From Perkinsus olseni (lineage: Eukaryota): a stretch of 44,924 bases of DNA. Numbering within the stretch: position 1 is the stretch's first letter; every line of letters starts with the position of its first letter. The stretch is from NCBI GenBank assembly GCA_013115125.1, contig JABANN010000267.1:1-44924 (forward strand), given 5' to 3'. Made by a program: the position numbers and the translations under genes. Positions 12,100 to 23,699 of the stretch are shown piece after piece. The notes beneath the pieces are model-generated. The model saw only the letters and a list, made by a program, of their open reading frames with translations. It was not told the origin of the DNA and ran no database searches.

Positions 12100-14710
12100 G
12101 CACGCGAGTACACGGAAAATATCTTCTAGACCACTAGCTGAGAGTAGAAGGAAAATCTACTATCGGAACTGACCCGGGGGCGGCACTCCGGCGGCCGTCT
12201 CTGGACCGTTGCACAGGCTATCTTGTTGAGTCTCAGGCATCTCGCTTGGTGAATTCGAAATGAAGGAAATGGACGCTACGCCTCCACGAGCTGACGTGCC
12301 ATCGGTCCAGCTGCCCAAGCCACGCGTTGCTAAGGCGATAATCTCTTTTGCACTCACGTAAGTCGAGGGTTGACTTCTGTGTTGCCATCGGCTTGTCCAT
12401 CGTGACCTGTCTTGTTTTTGGGTCGGCCGAGCGCGACTGCGACTGGTGATGGATTTATGTTGATGTGATTGATGGACCTCCTCGGCGTTCTTCGCTCCAA
12501 AAATATCTGTGCGTCTCTCTTGGAACCTGATGGTGAATGGTCCTCTTGTGAAGAACTGTACGCGCTTAGAGCAGATCGGGGACTTCCCAGTAGAAGAAGA
12601 GCCTGCCGACGGTAGGCTGCCGTTGCAAATTCCAGCTGGTCGCAAGATGAGAATATATCGTCTCTGTGTGTCAAACACTAGCAAGCCGTAGATACACTCG
12701 GCTCTCGGATGAAGGGTTGGTGTCTGAAGCGGACCTCCTGGAAGTTGGCCTGCCAAAGGCGGCCAAGTTGCTGGCGGATATTGAAGAGTTCCAAGATAGA
12801 GTTTTGAAAAGTAACGGTCATGGGGAATGAGCAATGGACTCGGGACGCGCAGTGAGTGAAGTTTAGATTCTCTCGCGCACAGCGAAGGTTTTGTATACTA
12901 CGACTCGACTCCGCCGTGTGGGGATGCTAGTGATGAGCACACCCTTGACGATGGCCGGTGTGGCCGACAACGGACACCGACCGACATAGTGCCGTTGATG
13001 GGTGACTGCAGGCCACTGCATGAACAGTTGTTAGCTTGTATGGCGGAGGAAGAGGTGAGAGTTGAGGAAATGCAAGATTGCAAGTGGCTCATCTGTCCGA
13101 AGAATCTTTTCATCTTGCCAGTTACATGGAATGGAACAACAGGCTCGGCGAGAAAGGCTGATCAGAAGGTAGGGGGGCGTCTGTGGAGGCGTTACTCGCG
13201 CACGAGCTGGAAAGCAAAAATCGTCCCATCAGAGCGAGTGAACTCTCGACTTTCGGTTGATCCATTTTCCGTAGGGTCTTCCAGAACGGCTCCCTAACAT
13301 GGTTCAACCGAGACTAGGACTCCTCTTTTGAGGAGAATCGAGCAGACGATTGTCATTCGGTGACATCACCCCTGTCTCATCGGGAAAGGGAGTTCGGCGA
13401 ACTTGTGAACTCCTAATCCTACGCTCACAGCGGAGTACTTGCTGCTCCGTTCTGACGCCGTATCATACGCGTTCATGAGTATATAACTCACGATCGTTGA
13501 TAATGACTTACATGATCACCGTTGTATCTGTTCGGCGAATGGTGATCTCGCCTGTCGAATGAAGCGGCAGGTCAGGGCAACTTTATCGCCCTCCGGAGAG
13601 AGAGCCACCTCTCGTTGTTTCTTATCGTCAGTTAGAAGGAGAGGCTGAGTGACAAAGGCATGGCAGTTCAGTACTGCCTGCGCGGAATTCACTCTATAAA
13701 TTCTCGTAAACTCCAAGTCAATTTCACTATAAGCTTGGCCAACCATATGCCCAGTAGGTTTCGAGTCCTTGGGGGCTTGTACGCATTCTCCACCACGGAA
13801 TACGGTACTTGTTCGTCTTTCTGAGAAGTTGTGGTAGCAGCAGTATTGAGACCGTTGTCTGAGATTCGTGTTGAGCGCGATGTGACAGAGTTCATTCAGC
13901 CTGTCCCGAATCCGTGGTACTTCGGAGAGGCTCGAAGCGTAGCGCAAGTACCCTTTGTGGGCGTTGGCGAACGATATGATACAGTGCGACGAGACTGTGA
14001 TTGGCAGTTGAAACTATCAACTTGAGTGTGCCAAAGCGGCGCTGAACGGCAGCCGTCGGCGTAGTCTGGATCCAGACGATCGCTGCTGACTCTCCTAGAA
14101 CCGGTCAGGTCAGGTCTGTTGACGCCTACTACGTTGACGATCGGCCAGCCAACACTTTCGTACCGCATTTCGATGAAATCGCTGCCGAAGGTGCTCGCAC
14201 GTCGATCAACATGCCTCCTTGTTTCAAGTGTACTTCCCATTCTGAGCTGTTTCTCCATCCAGCAACATCAGAATGGAACAAACAACCAGAGCTAGCAGTG
14301 GAACGCGTACTGGCCTCGGAAGAAGACTCAGCGAACCGCGCCGAGGCTTGCTTGCTCGACGCAGACGCGATTAGGAAGTTTCTGGACACCAGGACTAGGC
14401 GCAAGAGCTCGATGAAGGATCTCAAGAGCCTCGCTACGATCCCAAAGTTCTCTTGGGGCATTGACTGGTGACGATGAAGACATTGCCTTCCGCACCATGG
14501 CTGAGGCCATTGCATACGGGACTTACCAGCGATGCGTTGGTCATGGGATCAATTCGCTCAAGATAATGGCAGGGGAGGGTCATTGCTTGCCCCTTCATCC
14601 CGGGCAATGCATGCGGGTGCCTCAAAAACTTTGAGTCAAAATTGCCATAAGGCCACTTCTCTGGGCATTGGTCGCACTCTGGAGACCCAGTCTTCGCCGC
14701 GAAGAGCAAC
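12100..14710 (-). mobile_element. Highly decayed non-LTR reverse transcriptase remnant
   Basis: Minus-strand relics in RT order: LMNAYDT (~13460-13480, DxxKAYD-like), MRQG followed by frameshifted SP (~13355-13380), YLG (~12790). A CxxC lies upstream (~14670). Boundaries uncertain. Confidence 0.35.
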
Positions 14711-15624
14711 TTTGACTAGACTTGAAGTTGAATTCCCACAAATTGTTGTTTCACGGCAAGCATGGCAACTGGAAGACTAGGTAGCTGAATAGCGCAGTGG
14801 ATTTTCGAGATGTGGTTTGTTGGTGAAGTTTGCCAAGGTACTGGCGTCCTTGGCCGAAGCCGCTCATGCTACAGTCGGTGTAGTACTTATCTCAGCAAGC
14901 CTTCCACGATCACTCCACCGAATTGTTGTGCACCGGGAATGACCGCCGGCCGCGCCATGACTTGGCGGTGTGACAGGAGATTCGCGAAGATCTTGCGAGT
15001 CTTCCGGTGGAACGCTCTCGTGGCAAGGGGGATGGCATCAGATCAGCATGGCACTCACGAGAGCGAAATTCGCAGAGCTCGGTGTGGGGTAAAATTCATG
15101 CCTACCGGCTTTCTTTCTTTCCTAAAGTTCCGTCCGATCATGAAGCGATATTTTTCGACGTAACACTTCAGCGGTTGGCAAGGAATCTAATGGTTGCAGT
15201 TACATCTACTGGTACGAGTTTGCATGCGCCTCGAGGATGAGGGACCCAACCGAACTATCCCCGGTGAGCACGCCGCGTCTGAGGATGATGTCTTCATGTC
15301 AGCTCTCAGGTTCTGTTCCACCCTCTGTTTTTCCCTCATCCAATAGAGCAGGAGCAGCGACTTTAATGCAGCGGGAGTATCTTTGTAAATCTTCTCTGTG
15401 CGCACACTGCGCTGTATGATTAGAGTTGATTTCGCACCTGTCATTGAATTGAATACCATGTTTATTTAACATTGCATTCTGACTAATTTTTCGACGGCAT
15501 TTCGGAAATGTGTTAGTTTGAGTGGGAGTTGGAGTATCTTAGCTCAAAGCTGGTTCTTCTCAGGGAGAGTTTCGAATTCGCTCGACGACGTCGTCGCAGT
15601 TTGTTTTTGGAAACTCAAATATCG

Positions 15625-18600
15625 ATGAAGCTCGAGTTGAAGCAGATCGAAAAAGACGGCAGCGGCCGAGTAGTTGTGATACCGGAAGAGTCCGAGGATA
15701 TTTGGCATCTCTACAATCTAGTAAGCGTCATCCCGATCGTCTCATCCGTAGTGAATTTTGCCCATCATCGTGATCGCCGAACCAACGCTCTCATCACATG
15801 GTATTACGTAAGTCGAAGACTCGAAAATCATGACTGTGTAAGTTTACAGTCCAACGCCAGCTATATAGTAGAGTTCGACTCTTGCTGATGTGCTCAGTCA
15901 TAGACTCTCTGTAGCGATTGATACGCAGTGCGACCAGACGGTTCGAAATCATCATCGGTCTTGCCAGTCCATATTTGTTGTAGAGCAAGCTTCAAGCTAG
16001 GATGCGCCCAACGTTCGGTTCACGCGCAGGAGAGCGTCGTTGAACCATGTGTTGGAGGGATCGAGACCTCACTTGCGTGTCGCAAGAGCAAATAGTATTT
16101 TCGCAGCATCTCATCCGACGCAAATTCACGTTCGGAGCAGAGTCTGTTACAAGTGACTCGCAGCAAGTCTCTTCAATAAACGACCATGTTTATTTTTTCC
16201 TGGTCTAGGTACAGCGAGGCGACCGAATCACGGCAAACACCGTACGGAAAGTATCTAAGGAAACGAGTAAGTAATAGGTATATTACTAAGATTCTTGAAG
16301 AGGAATGTTCAGGTAGCGGCAGCGTATCTTCGGAGAAGAGGCATCTGCGGCTCACCATTGCTGTCACCACGGTCGACTACGACGGGGAAGCTAATATAAT
16401 ACGGTGAGCAGGGATAGAACCTCTGCGGGTTGCATGGATAGTCCTAGGTTCTCCGGCAAAAACCGTACCGAAAGTCCTTATATCAAGCTCAACCAGCATC
16501 ACACGATAGAGGTTGGCCTGAACAATAAGGTATCTTAGGTCGCTGCTTGCTTCCCGCAAAATGTGTCGTCGGCAGATACAACTGTCCAAGGGACGCTGGG
16601 ACAGCATCGCCCTCGATATACTCAATGAAGCGACCAATGTAAGTTTTACAGATAACTTCACGGACGTACCCCGGCTGTTTGATTGGCGCCATCAGCTCTC
16701 TCTCTCCAGTCTGGGGGTGGGAATTGAATTCTTCGTTCCGAATCGACCTCAAAGATGGGTGCCGCCTGGTACGGGACGTGAGCTCTTTCTTTGAGTGGTC
16801 GTGAAGGATATACCGGAATTGTTTTTCCAGGATTTCCTGCAGCTCTTGTTGATCAGGTTTCAGCGAATGCCGAGCTAGCTGTCGTGCTCATCGACTCGGG
16901 TCTTGCGAATCTTTATCTCCTCACTCGCGTTCTCGCGAAAGAGATGGCGAAGTAAGACAAGTTGGTAGGTCCTGTCGGCCAGATGCTGTCGCTGTAGGGT
17001 GTCCGTCAACATACCGAAGAAGCGTAGTGGCAGTAGCGGCTACGACAAGGCTCTTAACAAGTTCTACGACCAAGTAAGATCTGCGGGCACCCCTTAAAAA
17101 ATAGTTCATGAAGACGTGTACTTTGAGTGAGCGGTGATGAAAATGAGGTACCAGACCGTAAGTCGCAGGCTGACTGATAGGACGGGATTCCCGCCTGAAG
17201 GTTACCAGCCAGTATGAGAGAGCATTCGTGGCATCACTTCGCGAGAGCATTTCACGAGAATCCATTGGTATTGAGAGTTTGACCTAGAAAAGAGGGGACC
17301 GTGGATACGGACTCTGATGAATCTGATATGTCGTTGCTAGTCTGACTCAGCCTGTTAAGGCGTTGGGCTTGAAACCCACACACACACTGAGTGTCTTTGA
17401 GGGCCTTATCGATGGCTCTTGAATTCTGTCGCGGAATTTCAGGTTTATGTCGCCATAAAGCAGCATGTTGACTTCGACAAGGTCAAGTGCATCGTTATTG
17501 CCGGCCCGGGCTTTGTTCGAGATGACTTCATCAAATACGCTCGAGAAGAAGCCACCAAAAAAGGTGGGTATCTTAGGTTGATCCTGGCACAGCACAGAGC
17601 GGTATCGATTAATTGATCGATTTTTCGTTCAGCCGACTCGCAGATGTTGAATGCTACAAAGAACAAGTTCGTTTCTTGCCATTGTTCGACGGCATACAAG
17701 CAAGGCCTTAACGAGCTGATGCAGGATGAGACGGTGAAGTCACAGGTGAGGTTGCGTAAGATACTCCCGCCGCACGGCGAAGAACTTCCAGGTGGCGGAT
17801 ACCAAAGCGATGTCGAACGTCGCTGCACTTGATCGTTTCTATACGATGCTGAAGAATGATCCGGAGCGAGCCGTCTATGGCCCAGGTGAACATGCTCGGC
17901 GACGTTGCCTTTTGAATTCTAGTGAGCCGTTTTGCTGTGTTGATTCACGACGGTGATCTCGCCGTGATGAACGACCAATGAATTGGGCGATTTTAAGGTT
18001 TGAATGCGACTGCCGCTCCGTTTCTTTCGGTTACGTTGCAGCTTTTCTATTGTAGGTCCGGTAACTAAGGCTGCCGAAATGGGTGCGATAGACGAGCTTC
18101 TTATCACTGATGGGCTGTTTCGTTCTTCGTCCGTTGGCGTGCGAAAGAGGTATCTTTCACCTTGTCGGCCTTCAGCAATAGTCGACCTCCAGATACGTGG
18201 CTCTCGTGGAAGAAGTTCAAGGGACCAGCCATGTCTTCATTTTCAGCACTCAGCATGTCAGTGGTGAACAACTTCAGAATCTAGCCGGCATAGCGGCGAC
18301 ACTCAAGTAGCATACTGGGTTATCATTGTCCAGGAGATGGACAGCGGACCTCTGAGAAGTGGTCACTTCTCCTGTTCGTGCGTTGAACGACTTTGGGACG
18401 GCCGTTCCAAGACGGTGTTTTACAGCGCATGGGAGGCCAACTCGCTGCCGGTGATTCAGTCCCGATGGTGAGCTGCTCAGAGCAGCCTGCTCTCCTGAGG
18501 GTTTCAAAAGTAGCAACCCTCAGGAAGGCAGCCTCCCGATAAAATTTGGTACTCAAACGACGGACGCGTGCCTTCTTTACCAGGTTTCCCTGCCCCGATC

Positions 18601-18716
18601 TGGACGACGAGTATGCCCTCACTGAGCAAGAGGCTTTGGGGTCATCGGATGACGAAGGCCGAGATGGAACGGCTGAGAGTTCGGAGCTTGATGATAACTT
18701 TCTGGCTGGCATATGA
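15625..18716 (+). CDS. PELO: Pelota/Dom34 ribosome rescue factor, 13 exons, 409 aa
   Basis: Exons 15625-15720, 16209-16266, 16313-16403, 16448-16529, 16576-16638, 16857-16951, 16998-17073, 17443-17563, 17633-17745, 17792-17885, 18056-18149, 18193-18306, 18584-18716. All introns GT-AG; exons sum to 1230 nt. Motifs [44 protein letters not shown]. Confidence 0.95.
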
Positions 18717-19017
18717 TATGCGTGGAGTGTTGATCGTATCCTAGTCTACTGTCACTTTTCTGTTTGGATTTTCTGAAAGATGCGCTGTTGTGTTCTCCGA
18801 GAATCGCCGAGGTGATATGAAGTCTGCACGGTCACACACGACTCACGGCTCACTGCTTGCCATTTGTCAAACACACCTGACACGGTGACAACGGCTCGAC
18901 GCTGCCCCAGAAGAAAGAAATGAGGATCAAGAGGACGAGGATGTCTCTGTCCGAGAGTTGCGGTCAACCGTCTGGCCCGCATGCACCAACCCCTGATCGC
19001 GTAGGTCTTTGCGTAAG

Positions 19018-19390
19018 ACCACGATCTACCACTGGTAGACCGTCTGCTATGCAAGCCGAAGGACGTCAGTTCAATCCTGGCAACAGCTGAACTGTTTGGT
19101 GTGCTCGCGTTATCCCATAATGACTGTAGGTGGGGGATCTCGCGCCACGGTTATTTGGCCACTCAGTTTCTGGACACCGTATTCCATGAGCCACTTTAGC
19201 TTAGTGGTAGAGCGTCTGCTTCGTAAGCAGAAGGTCGGCAGTCTGGAGCATTTGGTGAGTTTGCATTATCCTCTATTGACTGTAGGGGGAGATCTTGCGC
19301 CACGGTTATTTGGCCCAACGGTTTGTGGATATACTACTTCGTGAGCCATCCTAGCTTACTGTTAGAGCCTCTGATTTGGAAATCAAAGGG
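19018..19390 (+). pseudogene. Tandem array of decayed tRNA-Thr-type units (~172 bp period)
   Basis: Three units starting ~19018, 19190 and 19344 with a shared spacer. The 19190 unit matches tRNA-Thr(CGT) but has a ~17 bp deletion removing the T-arm 3' half and 3' acceptor strand. Confidence 0.75.
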
Positions 19391-19775
19391 GACGACAAGT
19401 TCATAATCATGTTGCATTGCAACATGTTGCATGCAACAGTTGCAATGATCAGGGTAGATGTTCCGACTATCAATATTGTAAGATTTCAAGTAATCGCATA
19501 TTTCCTCAATGCTGCAAAACTTTTAAATAGTCGAATAACAGATGAACGAATGAAATTAGGCGCCATCAGGTGACCACGGTTACGACGACGTGGTTGAGGC
19601 ACTGGTGTGTGACATGACCAGGGCAGAATTACCACAATCATCATCAAAATAATCTTAGCAGCCTAGCTACTGGCAAGACGCTGAGGACCATTGGCGATCC
19701 TCACCATCAATAACATAGATATTCATAGTCGTTCATAACAACCTTCTCTAGGATAGACCGCATGACTTGTTGGAT

Positions 19776-20067
19776 TACACTGCCTCCGTACAGTTTGTGG
19801 AGGCTGGATCTGTGTCCTCGGAATAGAGAGATGAAGAATCCTACATTCTGAAGATCCTGAAGATGCATATGTGGTCTGAAAACGACTTGAGTTTGACGTG
19901 CTCGCATTTCCCTGAGCCCTGGCAGTCCTGAAAATACACGAGGATTTCGCTTCCCATTGTAAACCTCTCCTTCAACTTACGTAATTATCCTTGCATATGA
20001 CGTAGCAGCGCCCAAGAGCTCCACATCCGACACCGTGACGAGCACCAGGTGGTGGAGGGGGGCAGTC
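19776..20067 (-). pseudogene. 5'-truncated copy of the Cys-rich secreted protein gene
   Basis: Matches 27951-28244; lacks the 5' exons and has a CAG/TAG difference after RIFRM relative to the full copy. Confidence 0.75.
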
Positions 20068-20466
20068 AATTCTCTTTCGTCGAATTTCATCACTCCATTT
20101 TTCATGACCGAAATTTCGGAAATTTCCGCGGGCGGAGACTCCAGGAATTTCAACTTTCGACAACCCTGGTCCTCGCGCTCGAACTTCCGAAGTATCCGCG
20201 CGCGGTCCGAGTATGGCTGCAAAATCTGCAATGTCAACTCTTGCCGTCTTGCGATTTTTCGAGCGCATCAGAGAAGTTCCGTAATGTGATTTCCTATGGA
20301 CTCCAGAGAGAATTTCGCAGTGCACCATATTTCTTGGATATCTACTCTGGTATAAAGGGACCTCGATCACCCCTGCAATATTCCACTCGCGCCAGAATCT
20401 GTATAGCGCTGATATTGTGTCGACCCTACTTCGAATTACTGTCTCAGCGGAATCTTCTCGCCTACA

Positions 20467-21152
20467 ATGATGATTAACCTCGTCTGTTTGCTCTCAATGC
20501 CGGCTGTGATATCGGCGATGGCCATGCGTAAGGCTGCTTCCAAGGTAGAAGTAGAAGGGCCTCCTGAAGACACTGAGCTAACCGGGTCATCTCTCTCGCA
20601 TCAGGTCGGACCGTCAGCGAGAAAAGTTTCGGCAGATAGCGATAAATATCATCGAAGCTGCTTCGTTGAGTACCCGCTTGTGAATGTTACGGTTTCGATG
20701 AACAACTGCAAGCGCTTTTGCACCTGCCAGGACCAGGGATTCATCAGGGCTGAGACGGCCAGAGCACACGAACTCTTTCGTGTTACATACCAGTAAGCTC
20801 CGTCGTATATTCAACTACCCGATTACTATTCCACTCATCTGTCTTCAGACAATGCCATAAGGCGTTGTTCGTACACTATAAGGAATACATGGATGGATAT
20901 CAAGCCGTTAACTTCGAGGATCGTGGAGGAGTGTTCTTCTCGTATTACCACGAGACAGGCCTCAACGAGACAGCTGCTGCCGATGATCCATTCGCCTCCC
21001 TCTACGCTGCAGTCGGTCCTTTGATGGCTGGGAATATTACGGACACCAATTGTATGGAAGTGGCTGATTATATCGTTAATCATCCCGGTGGTGGATACAA
21101 AAATGATGGACAAACGCCGTGGGTGAGAGAATACGCACTCGCAGTAGAGTAG
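20467..21152 (+). CDS. Hypothetical secreted protein, paralog 1 (3 exons, 189 aa)
   Basis: Exons 20467-20544, 20605-20792, 20849-21152 (570 nt); hydrophobic signal-peptide-like N-terminus; same intron positions as the neighbouring paralog. Confidence 0.75.
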
Positions 21153-21486
21153 AAAGACGGCTCGGATCCTCCATGGTGCTGGCAGATGTGTATAAATGAC
21201 TCGTGATTACCATGTGCTGATGTGTGTGATGTTGTTGTACTTGTGTGTTCCAACTGGTTCTTGTGTGAAGGGAAGCTCAAGGGCCTTGAGCTGGTCGAAG
21301 GGGTACTTTCCCATGAAATTTACCCTACAATCTACGGCCTAGATGACATTCTTACGCTGCCTCCTCGATGGTGAAATCGTCAAGTTGAACTTGACTTGGC
21401 TGAAATGGCAGACAATACGGAATATCGCTTTGATATTATGTTCACCTCACTCTAATCACTACGGCAGCCGGATTTTCTCCTTTATA

Positions 21487-22197
21487 ATGACGATTAACTT
21501 CCTTCGTTTGCTTTCCATGCCGGTTCTGATATCGGCCATGGCCTCACGTAAGGGTCCTTCCAAGGTAGAGGGAAAACCGCTCTTTCGCAGAGACCCGGAT
21601 ATCGAGGCGCACTTTTCACTTTTAGGTCGCACCTTTCGTCAAGAATGCCTTGGCCAAGCAGGATAAATATCGTCCAGAACAATACAGATGTTTCATAGAA
21701 TACCCCTTCATTAATATTACGATATCTGCAAGTCGTTCCGACCCCTGGGAGAATTACATCGAGGGTGCGACGTTCAAAGAACATGAACTTTTCAAGCTCA
21801 AGTTCGAGTAAGCGGCTCAACGTTAACTACATTCCGCATTTGGCTCCTTTCTATGCCACTCATTCCCATCCTCAGACCCGCCTACGGAGGTTTTGATATA
21901 CGCCACAGAGAATACATAGATGGCTATAAAGGCGTCTCCTTCGACGAAGACTTCGAAGGCCGTTGTGACGAGCGATGGTACGGACACGAGATTTCGGGGA
22001 AAATAGCTTCAAAGGACCCGTTCGACACGCTCTTCAGAGAAATCAGGCCCATGCTCGTCGACGGTGTCACAGATAGCAAATGTCGAGAAGTGGCCAAATA
22101 TATTGAAGATCATCCCCGTGGTAAATATAAGAATAATGAAGAAACGGTGTGGGTTAGAGAGTACCTATCTGAGACCCCCGTATTGTATCCGTTTTGA
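21487..22197 (+). CDS. Hypothetical secreted protein, paralog 2 (3 exons, 193 aa)
   Basis: Exons 21487-21564, 21626-21807, 21876-22197 (582 nt); shares LLSMP.ISAMA.RK, CF.EYP, EY.DGY, DPF, C.EVA.YI..HP.G.YKN and WVREY with paralog 1. Confidence 0.75.
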
Positions 22198-23181
22198 GAT
22201 GAAGAAGAGATACGCTTTCTTTCCCATGGTGCTGGTAGATGTGTATAAATGACTCGTGATTACCATGTGCTGATGTGTGTAATGTTGTTGTATTTGTGTG
22301 TTCCAACTGGTTCTTGTGTGAAGGTTGAAGCCTTATGATGGAACTCCCGTCGTGAGCCCCAGAATACACATCCAAGGCATCGTTCAGCCTACCTAGAACG
22401 GCAATCCATCCCGTCAAGCGACTCTGGTCGTACTTGCAGGAGTCAAATATCGGACTGTGCTACGACGGACTCGCCCGAGGGACGCCAATCGAAGTGGAGT
22501 GCTACATTACAGAACCCCTCGCGGCAGGCGGTCTGTCGCCGGGTGGTCTGCTAGCCGAGCTCATCTCAAACGAATCATCCGGATTATAGCTAGTAATAGC
22601 GGATGATAGCTTAGTAATATCATCATTACTCACGGCCCTCTCGAGTGACGGCCCGTTACAAGCGGGTATGGTCTACCGGGACTACCGAGCGGTAGTACGC
22701 TCATGCTTTATCAAGTTTATGCAAGGATGATCCAGTCGGTTATGAAAACAATTTCATACGCAGTTAGGAAAGCTCGGCTGGTTGAGCAACGTGATTGTCA
22801 TCCGAGAGGTGGTCAGTTCGACATGTCACATTTTATTATGAAATTTTCATACCATTGTCTCTTGTTAGGGTTAAGCTTTCTTAACCTTTTCTTAGGTTAA
22901 GGCGTCTTCAAAATTAGGACCTCACTGTCCCTTGAGGAGTTTATTATGAACCGGCTTGACTCTTTTAACAATGACCTAAGGTTAGGACCCTATTTTCAAA
23001 GGCCTTCAAAATCATAACAAGTTAGGATTTCTAGTAAAATAGGCCCCAGGGTTCGACTCTCGGTGCCAGTGTAGCGTAAACAGTTGGCCGACGGTATCCG
23101 GGCCCGATAATCTTGTAAGGCACGCTACAGTACATGGTGTTACCACACCGGGGATTATCGGATAATCATTATCCAGACTCT

Positions 23182-23250
23182 GGAAGGGTCTAGTTGGTTA
23201 TGGCGACTGACTTGAATTTCGAAGGTCTCTAGTTCGATTTCTGATTGCAG
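23182..23250 (+). pseudogene. tRNA-like remnant
   Basis: GGTCTAGTTGGTTATGGC (A-box/D-arm) followed by AGGTCTCTAGTTCGATT (B-box/T-arm); stems broken. A further T-arm relic AGGCCCCAGGGTTCGACTCTCGG lies at ~23041. Confidence 0.4.
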
Positions 23251-23480
23251 TTTTCCCTCCGTGTCGGATCGACAAGCGGTTTCAAAAGCCCGGCGAAGTT
23301 CATGCTCTCAGTAATACTGGGAGCATGAAATCCGTAGCACTTCGAAAATTGAAGTTACTAACTTCAATCGCAAGTTGAATCGTCATTTTCTGGCGGGCGG
23401 CTTCCTCGTCAAGAGCCTCCCTTCCGCACCAGGTTGCAAAAGACTACTCTATGACTCAACTATGAGTGCTGATGAGATTC

Positions 23481-23559
23481 GCAGTTCGAATTTCGAACCC
23501 ACGCGGTCCTGGTCCAGTAGATCCCAAAACCATCCTCTCAACCACTCGGGCAAATGCTC
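23481..23559 (-). pseudogene. Decayed tRNA-Leu copy related to 774-855
   Basis: Shares TTGCCCGAGTGGTT ... ACTGGACCAG ... CGCGTGGGTTCGA with the 774-855 copy; anticodon arm and 3' end degraded. Confidence 0.55.
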
Positions 23560-23699
23560 TGTGCGGAGATCGCCAATGTATCTATCGTATTGCACGCCCA
23601 TGACGACGTCGGCTCACCTCGTGAGCTTTTTCTCTGAGGGGTCGTGAAGGGTATAGCGGAATTGTTTTTCCAGGATTTCCTGCAGCTCTTGTTGATCAG

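Larger units (their letters stand above)
16778..20067 (+). repeat. Segmental duplication, copy A
   Basis: Near-identical to 23621-28244 apart from insertions in copy B; covers pelota exons 6-13, the tRNA array and the 3' part of the Cys-rich gene. Confidence 0.92.

Noticed and set aside
16921-18712. Minus-strand ORFs of 80-129 aa repeated in both duplicate copies
   Set aside because: Antisense shadows of pelota exons and introns; their recurrence reflects the recent duplication.
22730-23040. TTAGG/TTAGGG motifs as telomeric repeats
   Set aside because: Scattered single copies rather than a tandem array; at most a decayed non-autonomous element.
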